From Candidatus Latescibacterota bacterium (GTDB lineage Bacteria > Latescibacterota > UBA2968), in contig OZ241986.1 in the NCBI GenBank assembly GCA_965204375.1, positions 704,001 to 768,000 of the forward strand: a DNA stretch of 64,000 bases, given 5' to 3'. The number at the start of each line of letters is the position of its first letter. Position 1 is the first letter of the stretch. The notes under the pieces are model-generated. The model made no database searches and was not told where the DNA came from. It saw only the letters and a program-made list of their open reading frames with translations. Below are positions 56,839 to 64,000 of the stretch, one piece after another. The position numbers and the translations under genes were made by a program.

Positions 56839-57354
56839 TCAGGCCATACTCAGGCTGTATCGAATTTCTCTGCGTTCAATCCCAGCAAGAGGTTCTGCTT
56901 TTTGCGCACCATCCGCAGTGAATCCGAATTTTCTATAAAAGGAAATCGCTCTCTGGTTGGTTTCGAGGAGCCAAATTTTCACCGTTGAACAATTCATCTC
57001 GCGAAGGGCCGCGAGGGAAGCCTCCATCAGCTTTCGACCAATGCCGCGGTCCCAGAATTCTTCAAGGGCGTAGATTGCATAGACTTCGCCAACGGAGTTT
57101 TTATCCAGTCCATCATCGCGTACGGGGCCGAAGCTGATGAAAGCAACGATCCTTTGCTCTACTTCGGCTACAAGTACTTTGTTGGAGGGGCTATTGAGGG
57201 TCAGGTGCCATTGTTGCTCCCTCTGGTCAACAGACAAATTATCGAGGATGTCGTCGGGCAATTGTCCCTTGTACGCAGCCTGCCATGATCGCACATGAAC
57301 TTCGGCCAAGCCTCTGGCGTCGTCTTTGGAAGGTTCTCGGATTATCATTGCCAT
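56839..57354 (-). CDS. GNAT N-acetyltransferase
   Basis: ATG 57354 after AGGAGG; HVRSWQAAY, RGIGRKLM, NQRAISFYRKFGF. Confidence 0.9.
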   Translation of the reverse strand: MAMIIREPSKDDARGLAEVHVRSWQAAYKGQLPDDILDNLSVDQREQQWHLTLNSPSNKVLVAEVEQRIVAFISFGPVRDDGLDKNSVGEVYAIYALEEFWDRGIGRKLMEASLAALREMNCSTVKIWLLETNQRAISFYRKFGFTADGAQKAEPLAGIERREIRYSLSMA

Positions 57355-57395
57355 GGTTGGAGACCTCCTTAATTTCAAAGTGATGACGCATTCCC

Positions 57396-58349
57396 TCATT
57401 CCTTGAGCGCGTCTCTTACGGCTCTGGCGAGTCCCGGGTGATCCTGCAGGGTGTTTAAGCGAGAGATGACGAGATTGCCGCTGCCGTATTTCAGAGCGAT
57501 TTCTATCTCTTTGGCAAGGCGTTCGGGCGTGCGCACGAAGCCGGGCAGGTCGTGGATGCCGATGAAGGGGACAAAGCGGTTGATCTCCAGATTTTCCAGA
57601 CGCTTCATTTCGGCGGCTTCCATTTCAACGCGTTCGAGTCGCCATTCGGGGGGATAGAACCAGGAGATGGTCTGTGTGCAATAGTCGAGTTTGTATTTGG
57701 CACCAATGTACTCATCGGGAAGGAAGTACGGCCAGACATGGTTGGTGACAATGGCATTGGGATTTATGGATTTGGCGTGGTCGTAGAGGAGGCGGTGAAC
57801 GTCAATAAGTGTTTGCGTCGAGACTTTTCCCATGATTTCGATGTTGGACAGATCGGGGGTTTGCACACGCGCTTCTTTACGGAGGGTTTCGCAGCGGTCG
57901 CAGAAACAGGCGTAGTAGTTGACAAAGCCAAAGCCGTCGAGGGCGATTCCGTCGGCGATGTCGAGGGCGAGTTCAACCCGCTTCTTGAGTTCGTCCTGGG
58001 ATTCGGGATGCTCGAAACAGAGGACCGTTCTCGGTAAGACGAATGATTGCCAGCGGTAGCTCTCTCCGTGCAACCGGAGCCAGGATTGTCTGGCGATGAT
58101 GTCCGATACCTTGTGTTCGAATTCGCGCATTTTCTGAAGGCAATGCGGATGGGCATTTTCAAAGTCGTCGTCGGAATAGGGGAAGACAGTGGCGATGATC
58201 TGGATGTCCCGTTTATGGGCTTGCGCGACCATTTCAGGGGTGGCGCTATTGGTAATAAGCATGTTGCAGCCAAGGTCAGCCACAAAATCGACGGCTTGTT
58301 CGCGTTCGGTGTCGGTTCTGAGGCGCTCGATGGCCCAGATGGCTTTCAT
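57396..58349 (-). CDS. Hypothetical TIM-barrel glycoside-hydrolase-like protein
   Basis: LCFEHP, DGIALD, ACFCDRC, resembling GHL/DUF187-like proteins. Confidence 0.5.
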   Translation of the reverse strand: MKAIWAIERLRTDTEREQAVDFVADLGCNMLITNSATPEMVAQAHKRDIQIIATVFPYSDDDFENAHPHCLQKMREFEHKVSDIIARQSWLRLHGESYRWQSFVLPRTVLCFEHPESQDELKKRVELALDIADGIALDGFGFVNYYACFCDRCETLRKEARVQTPDLSNIEIMGKVSTQTLIDVHRLLYDHAKSINPNAIVTNHVWPYFLPDEYIGAKYKLDYCTQTISWFYPPEWRLERVEMEAAEMKRLENLEINRFVPFIGIHDLPGFVRTPERLAKEIEIALKYGSGNLVISRLNTLQDHPGLARAVRDALKE

Positions 58350-58804
58350 CAGGTAATATCTCCCAGGTATATGGGAGGAGTCCCGGAGTCAGCGTCAAGA
58401 TAATCGAGTAAGAGCTTGGGATAGAATCTCAGGTTCTTGAGTTCACCGATGCTCATCCATTTCACCCCAACCTGGATCGAATCTCCCGCTGGGGCTTCGG
58501 AGGTATTATATCCTTCATCAACGGAACATCGGAAGATGAAGTCAATTAAATGGCCCCCCTTTGTCCAGGAGTCGGCGTGATTGTCAGTGATATATTCTCG
58601 AACAAAGTTTAAACCTTCAACAGTGACGTCAGCACCTATTTCTTCCTGGCATTCCCGCTTGAGAGCATCTATAAGTGTCTCTTTTCCGGATTCCATGCCT
58701 CCCCCTGGTAGAATGTACCAAAGACCTTTGTCGTCGATATTCTCGGTAACGAGAATTTGGTCGCCTCTCTGGATCAAAGCCTTGGCTGCATTTCGTAAGC
58801 TCAT
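58349..58804 (-). CDS. NUDIX hydrolase
   Basis: LPGGGMESGKETLIDALKRECQEEIG. Confidence 0.92.
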   Translation of the reverse strand: MSLRNAAKALIQRGDQILVTENIDDKGLWYILPGGGMESGKETLIDALKRECQEEIGADVTVEGLNFVREYITDNHADSWTKGGHLIDFIFRCSVDEGYNTSEAPAGDSIQVGVKWMSIGELKNLRFYPKLLLDYLDADSGTPPIYLGDIT

Positions 58805-58829
58805 AATAGATACCCCAAGCGTATTCTAT

Positions 58830-60173
58830 TCATCTCAGATCACTTTCCTTCAACACGTATTTAATCTGTGCGTTTCCATCTTCATCGACGATTTTCAGGG
58901 TTAGCTCGCGGTTTCCTTTGGGACCAGAGAAACGGAGTAACCCAAAGTTGAAACCGGGATAGTCTGTTGCGATACTCTGTGGGTTTCCGCGCCAGCCCGA
59001 GCGGGATCTCTGGACGATTGGATCTGTCCTGACGGCGGCGTTGGAGCTGAGCAATTCAAAGAGGGGATAGGTGTCCTGTCCCTCGCGATAGAGGCGGTTG
59101 AGCGTCCCGACGTGCCAATCTCCTGCGATGAAGATGACACCGGTGATGGCTTCGGCGAACATCCATTTCAGGAAGTCGTCTCGCTCTGTACCGAAATTGT
59201 CCCAGCGCTCGCCGCGTCCCGTGAAGTCAACGACCATGCTATTTCCATTGGCGATCACTTTAAATGTTGCCGTGCTCGCCTTTAGAGACGCTTTCAGCCA
59301 GTCGATCTGGCCCTGTCCGAACATGGTTTTGCGGTCTTCTGCTTCGTTCGGGTCCCGATGATAGCGGTCATCGAGCATGAAGAACTCGACATCGGCGATT
59401 CGAAACTTGTGAAAAATACCCTTTGTCTGGGGAGTACCTCCGCCCGAATTTGGCCAATACCGTCGATACAGTTCCAGGGTTTCTTCCCGATAGGAGAATG
59501 TGCGATCGGAGTTGTTGGGGCCATAGTCGTGGTCGTCCCAGATCCCATAGCTGGGCGTCGTTGCCATTAGTGCTCTGATTTCCGGTACATGCCGTACTTC
59601 CCGATGATATCCCGCCATTGCATAGCGGACTGGATCCGGATCCTCGCCGTAGTGGCTGGATCGCCCTGGCATGTAGTTGATGTCGCCAATAAAGAGAAAT
59701 GCGTTTGGGCGGTGTTGCAAGGCTTCTGCAAATGCAGGTTGCATGGGCTGTGTTCCCGGGTTTAGACAGGAACCAAATCCCACGGAGAATTCCGCGATGT
59801 AGGTCGAGTCATTTCGCCGCGGTTGCATCGCGGGCATTGTGCGGAATACCTGCGGAACAAGTGCTCTTACCTGTTTTCCATTTACCGAAATCGCGTAGTG
59901 AACCCTCGTGTTCTGCACAAGTCCGTTCAGTGTCACCGTGCCAGTGTGGGGATAGATTTCCGAGGTCATCGTTTCTACTGCTGCACGGGTGATCGTCATT
60001 GCTCTGCCCGTCTGTGTCCAGTAATCTACTGTGACTTTTGCCTGTGTGTCTGTCTCTACCCAGATTATCGCCGATGATGTCGTTGTGTGGCTTATCATTG
60101 GACCTGCAATTAGTTCTGTCGCCATCATCCGCGTTGGGACAAGCATCAGTACTGTCAGGATCAAAATTTTCAT
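58830..60173 (-). CDS. phoD: Alkaline phosphatase D family protein
   Basis: FGSC, IGDINY, WDDHDY, LDDRYHR, GDWH. Confidence 0.88.
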   Translation of the reverse strand: MKILILTVLMLVPTRMMATELIAGPMISHTTTSSAIIWVETDTQAKVTVDYWTQTGRAMTITRAAVETMTSEIYPHTGTVTLNGLVQNTRVHYAISVNGKQVRALVPQVFRTMPAMQPRRNDSTYIAEFSVGFGSCLNPGTQPMQPAFAEALQHRPNAFLFIGDINYMPGRSSHYGEDPDPVRYAMAGYHREVRHVPEIRALMATTPSYGIWDDHDYGPNNSDRTFSYREETLELYRRYWPNSGGGTPQTKGIFHKFRIADVEFFMLDDRYHRDPNEAEDRKTMFGQGQIDWLKASLKASTATFKVIANGNSMVVDFTGRGERWDNFGTERDDFLKWMFAEAITGVIFIAGDWHVGTLNRLYREGQDTYPLFELLSSNAAVRTDPIVQRSRSGWRGNPQSIATDYPGFNFGLLRFSGPKGNRELTLKIVDEDGNAQIKYVLKESDLR

Positions 60174-60670
60174 TCCTCCTCCTCTTGTGTAAAGACTTTG
60201 GAAACTATTATTTTTTCCAGTTCTTCAGATCGCTGAGAGCCGATCAATAGTCGTTTCCCATTCGTTAGTTCTAATTGCACGCCTTGATCTCCACTCACAT
60301 TATAAGCCATTCCTTTAGTTCCATATCGAATTCCCCATCCGCCATATTCTTTGATTGGGCTGTACTGTCTGGCATCACATTTTGCAATTTCTGAGAATGG
60401 GATTACCTCTCTCTTTAGCGGAAAGAAGCGGATGTGAATGGCGTCATTTTTGACTTCAGTTACCATCTTTATCGAAAGCATAAACACCGGTACCAATACC
60501 AGAGCCAGCACAATGGCACCATAAATGAGCATCTTGGTGCCAGACATTGGCCAGTTCCGAAATACCGTGAATCCTATATAGATCAAAGCTGAGATACAAG
60601 GTACAAGTACAATAGCCAATAGCCAGCCCTGTCGAAATTGCTGTATTTCGATGAAATTTGAGTTGTCCAT
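60170..60670 (-). CDS. DUF6141-like membrane protein
   Basis: Two TM helices; YSPIKEYGGWGIR...GVQL...LLIGSQ. Confidence 0.75.
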   Translation of the reverse strand: MDNSNFIEIQQFRQGWLLAIVLVPCISALIYIGFTVFRNWPMSGTKMLIYGAIVLALVLVPVFMLSIKMVTEVKNDAIHIRFFPLKREVIPFSEIAKCDARQYSPIKEYGGWGIRYGTKGMAYNVSGDQGVQLELTNGKRLLIGSQRSEELEKIIVSKVFTQEEEE

Positions 60671-61660
60671 TTATGACTCCCAGGGAATGGGTACATTAAT
60701 CTCTGTGGCAATGCGTTGCAACATGTCGAGATGTTCTTCGGTCATTGGGATACCGCTTTGCTCGCGCGTTTGTTCGCGTTTCCATTCCAAACTGCCGGGG
60801 ACTTCGGCACTTGTCAGCCCTGGCATGGGGTTCAGCGACCGGGTTTCGCGCAAGATGCGAGAGAGTTCTTTCTTATAAGCCTCCAAATCGCCCAGTTGCG
60901 CCACGTCAATCGCCACAATCATAAATCCCCGAGTGGCACTTGAAAATTTTGGTTTGTGCGATTCAGGTGTCGCCGTGCCCGCCAATATGCCGGCTAAGAA
61001 CCACGATGTAAATCGCATTCCCAAACTTTTAAAAATAAAATCTGGGAATGTCTGCAATGCTTCGGCGAGTTTGCTGCGGTTTTTCAACATGTTTGCGTTC
61101 ATGTCCAGTACAAAAGGCGGATTTTCAGCAGTTGGTATGCCAAAACACATCGGGGGGGCAGACATCGCATCCCATACCGTTGCATCGAGGTGCGTCGGTT
61201 TTTTCCAGGCGATACCTCCTGCCACGCAAAAGGTCGCCAGGTCATATGCCAGTGCCAGCCGGGCATAAATCCCCGCGCTGCCCACATGGCCGTGATTGCG
61301 CGTGCTCGCAACGGCAATGCCATTTATTTTTGCCTTTTCAATGATGGCCTCTGTCGCCCGCGTTGCCACGAGGTAACCCGCACCGCCATCGCCGTCAAAA
61401 ATCGCCATTGAAGGAGCATCCATGATTTGGGCAATTTGGGGCTGTGGGTTAATGCGCCCTTCTCGAAACTCAGCTACATATCGCCGTAACTGTCGCGTGC
61501 CGTGTGTGGCGACTCCGCGTAAATCCACCTCTACCAGATAGCGCGCGATCAATGCGGCATCGCTATCGGGCAAATGGACTTTGCGCAATGCTGCGGTAGC
61601 AAAGTCGTGCAACAGATTGGGCATTATACGCCTGGCGTCTTCGGGGACATAAACGGGCAT
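60671..61660 (-). CDS. Ldh_2 (malate/L-lactate/L-sulfolactate dehydrogenase-like) oxidoreductase
   Basis: DLRGVATHG, DGDGGAG, RNHGHVG, VPG; ATG 61660. Confidence 0.85.
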   Translation of the reverse strand: MPVYVPEDARRIMPNLLHDFATAALRKVHLPDSDAALIARYLVEVDLRGVATHGTRQLRRYVAEFREGRINPQPQIAQIMDAPSMAIFDGDGGAGYLVATRATEAIIEKAKINGIAVASTRNHGHVGSAGIYARLALAYDLATFCVAGGIAWKKPTHLDATVWDAMSAPPMCFGIPTAENPPFVLDMNANMLKNRSKLAEALQTFPDFIFKSLGMRFTSWFLAGILAGTATPESHKPKFSSATRGFMIVAIDVAQLGDLEAYKKELSRILRETRSLNPMPGLTSAEVPGSLEWKREQTREQSGIPMTEEHLDMLQRIATEINVPIPWES

Positions 61661-61685
61661 GAAAGTCTCCTGCGAGGTGGAATTA

Positions 61686-62906
61686 TTATTCTGTCCAACT
61701 GGCAATGAAGTCCTCTGTGCTATAGTCCGCGGGCATTTCGTTGAAATAGTGCTTCATGGGGATGGACTGAAAGCCCGGCACAAAGTGTTCTTCATCCGAT
61801 TGGAGTAGTGCTTCGAGTGGGCTGAAGCGATCCCAGAGTAAGTGGGCTTCTTCTGGAGTGAATCGGTCAGCGAATTTCAGTCCCCAGTTGAGCGTGATGG
61901 GATGTGTTCCCAGGAGGCGGCGTTGGAGGTCTTCGGCGATGTCCTGAAGCGGGGGATCTTTTCGCAGTCGAATCGCAAGTGCTGCTTTGCAGAGGAATAC
62001 TGTTGACAGAATTCTGCCTTTTTCGGCACGCCATGGATGGAGGTTGTCCAGGGCGCTGAGATACGCGCTGCCATCTCCCGAGAGAACGGCTCTCAGTGCG
62101 TCTTCCGTATGCTGCTCCATCTTTTCGCTGCGGCCGTTCCAGCGTGCGAACGCCTCCTGCGCCTGCGAAGAGAGGTGGTCGGTAAACGAAAGGTCCTTGA
62201 TTGATGTGTGGGTCGAGAATCCACCGTGAATGGTTCGGCGCATTTTGGGGCTGTAGTTGCTGCCCCAGTGGAGGATCGGGAGGATATAGACGACGCCATC
62301 ACCGGCTTCGAGATGGGTCTGAACGCCATTGGGCAGTGGGCGGCAGGGATCTGCCAACATGAGTTCGTTCTCTTCGGGGGTGTTCAGCCGCAGATGGCTG
62401 CCCGGTATCACCCAGAGGACGCTATCGTCGTAGAGCGGGATGTTCCACTGGACGTAGCGCGGGCCTCCTTCGAGGATGTCGTCGATATAGCCCTGGAGGG
62501 GTGCCGTGTCGATCGGATGGTGATCGCGGTGCCACTTTGCCGGGCCGTGATTCCTGACGGGGTTGCACATCATCATCATTTCTGTGACGGCTCCGTCCGC
62601 TACATCGAGAAGTTCTGTGCTGACCCCGTGGATGTTTTCCTCGAGCCATACTTCGACCGCTGGTGCGGTCTCCTGGTTGATCTGATTGACGAGTGGCTGC
62701 CTTGAGAGTTGCAAGCGAGGCTGCGGTGCTGTTTCCCATACGCCTCCAGGTGGATCGTTTTCCGCGCGCTCGGCCTTCCAGTTCTCGCGCTGGCGGTCAA
62801 CGAGTGTTTCATACGCCTGCCGCACGCGTTCGAGTTTGTCGCGTGGCACGGCTTCCTTGACGATGAGGTAGCCGGTTTCCAGAAATTCGTCGCGGTTGAG
62901 TTTCAT
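61686..62906 (-). CDS. PhyH-like dioxygenase with C-terminal extension
   Basis: FLETGYL, KWHRD, LWVIPGSH, ILHWG, RRTIH. Confidence 0.8.
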   Translation of the reverse strand: MKLNRDEFLETGYLIVKEAVPRDKLERVRQAYETLVDRQRENWKAERAENDPPGGVWETAPQPRLQLSRQPLVNQINQETAPAVEVWLEENIHGVSTELLDVADGAVTEMMMMCNPVRNHGPAKWHRDHHPIDTAPLQGYIDDILEGGPRYVQWNIPLYDDSVLWVIPGSHLRLNTPEENELMLADPCRPLPNGVQTHLEAGDGVVYILPILHWGSNYSPKMRRTIHGGFSTHTSIKDLSFTDHLSSQAQEAFARWNGRSEKMEQHTEDALRAVLSGDGSAYLSALDNLHPWRAEKGRILSTVFLCKAALAIRLRKDPPLQDIAEDLQRRLLGTHPITLNWGLKFADRFTPEEAHLLWDRFSPLEALLQSDEEHFVPGFQSIPMKHYFNEMPADYSTEDFIASWTE

Positions 62907-62962
62907 GGCTGACTCCAATTGAGGTAAGGAGTATTCTGTATGGTGTTAGGTGAAAGCCGCTT

Positions 62963-63430
62963 CTACCCGGTCCGTACAAATATGAAATCTTCATCATCGC
63001 TCGGTGGTTCAAAGCGATTGATGAATTCTGTAAATGCATGATCGTTGATCCAAAGTGAATCCTAGTCGTTTTTTGAACGAGTTAGAATTCGCTTTCGAAG
63101 TACGTCAATGGGGGCGTCGAGGAAATAGAGTTTTGATTCCGCTCCTATGGCAGCCGCCGCTTGTCTGGTATTTTTGCGATCTTTTTTGTACCAGAACCCC
63201 TTATCGAGTATGACATCTGTGCCGAGGGCGAGATTGCGCGTGGCAATGCGCCAGATCAGTTTGGAAACGCGGTTGAAAAGTGTTTCAAACTGCTCGGGCG
63301 ATCTTCCATAGAGTTGAACCATCCACTCGTCATAGGTATATCGCATGGCTCTGTGAGTCTTCTCAAGTTCCCGAGCAAAAGTGGTCTTGCCCGAACCTGG
63401 CCGACCGCAGAGTAAGTGAACAGTCGCCAT
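62963..63430 (-). pseudogene. AAA_33-like P-loop kinase interrupted by an in-frame TAG at 63062-63064
   Basis: CGRPGSGKTT, DVILD.GFW; after the TAG the frame continues DSLWINDHAFTEFINRFEPPSDDEDFIFVRTG*. Confidence 0.75.
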
Positions 63431-63453
63431 TGTATTTGATCGCCCCCTCTTTT

Positions 63454-64000
63454 TCAATCGTCTGGTTTTTTTCCTATGTAGAGTATGTGTCTGGATGAAG
63501 CCACCATGCTTTGTTCTGAACTGATTTCGAATAGGAGGTCTAACCAGAGATCTCGCTGCTTTCCTTCAAGTGTGTTATAGCTTTCGTCGTCTGCGGAGAT
63601 AGCAGGCTCGATACCTGCAATTTTGAGGGTGCGAAAGCCCACGCGCTCATGCATGGGGGCGATTTCTTCCAGCCGAACATAATAGCCGCGAAAGCCACCT
63701 CTTGGGGCATTGGCAGGGCGGTGGCCCTGTCTAACGACCGACCAAACCTCTTCCTGGTTCTCAATCCACGAAGGGTTGTCCTTGATGAGGCCTCCAAGAA
63801 TACCGAATCTGGAAATCATTGCAGAAAAGATCACGCCCCCTGGTTTTAAACAGGCGTAGGCGGACCGCAGGGCTGCTGTTCGGTCAGTTTCAAGTAGCAG
63901 GTGATACAGAGGCCCCATAAGGAGAACAGCTTCGAACTCGCCGCGCGGAATTCCATTTAGTTTGCGTGCATCGCCAGTTTGGAACTCAATCTGATCAGAG
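63454..64000 (-). CDS. Class I SAM-dependent methyltransferase; 5' end outside the window
   Basis: GDARKL...FEAVLLMGPLYHL...LKPGG; frame open to the window end. Confidence 0.85.
   Translation of the reverse strand, partial: SDQIEFQTGDARKLNGIPRGEFEAVLLMGPLYHLLLETDRTAALRSAYACLKPGGVIFSAMISRFGILGGLIKDNPSWIENQEEVWSVVRQGHRPANAPRGGFRGYYVRLEEIAPMHERVGFRTLKIAGIEPAISADDESYNTLEGKQRDLWLDLLFEISSEQSMVASSRHILYIGKKPDD

Noticed and set aside
11965-63064. Stop-codon reassignment suggested by in-frame stops in two genes
   Set aside because: The two stops differ (TGA and TAG), the helicase remnant is also frameshifted, and all three stop codons terminate intact genes.

Overview
Bacterial chromosomal window of about 50% GC with roughly 55 CDS. 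I found no rRNA, tRNA, CRISPR array, integrase or transposase. The gene content suggests a Latescibacterota/Poribacteria-like, possibly sponge-associated organism, but this is inference only; it rests on four PhyH dioxygenases, two sulfatases, a DUF6785-type membrane protein and a secreted WD40 protein with a dockerin/EF-hand-like tail. Housekeeping and catabolic genes (sucC, dnaK, transaldolase, polyprenyl synthetase, XPB-like and DUF1998 helicases, M16 peptidase) are interrupted by accessory blocks. Block 1 (about 4.8-14.3 kb) is a toxin-antitoxin/defence hotspot: RelE/HigA, Abi_C-like, DUF3800, two VapBC-type pairs, DUF2442 and gene remnants. It lies between an XPB-like helicase and its usual partner DUF790/Bax1. 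Block 2 (22.9-27.3 kb) is the best candidate for a new system. It is a compact operon, with the first four genes coupled by ATGA overlaps, encoding a two-domain ubiquitin-like protein, a cysteine-free E2-like protein, a JAB-E1 fusion, an ABC-type ATPase (DUF3696) and a PIN-like nuclease. Block 3 is an m6A methyltransferase still carrying an in-frame stub of an AccI-like restriction enzyme. Block 4 (52-64 kb) is a run of small accessory genes. All family assignments come from motifs recognised by eye; no database search was run.
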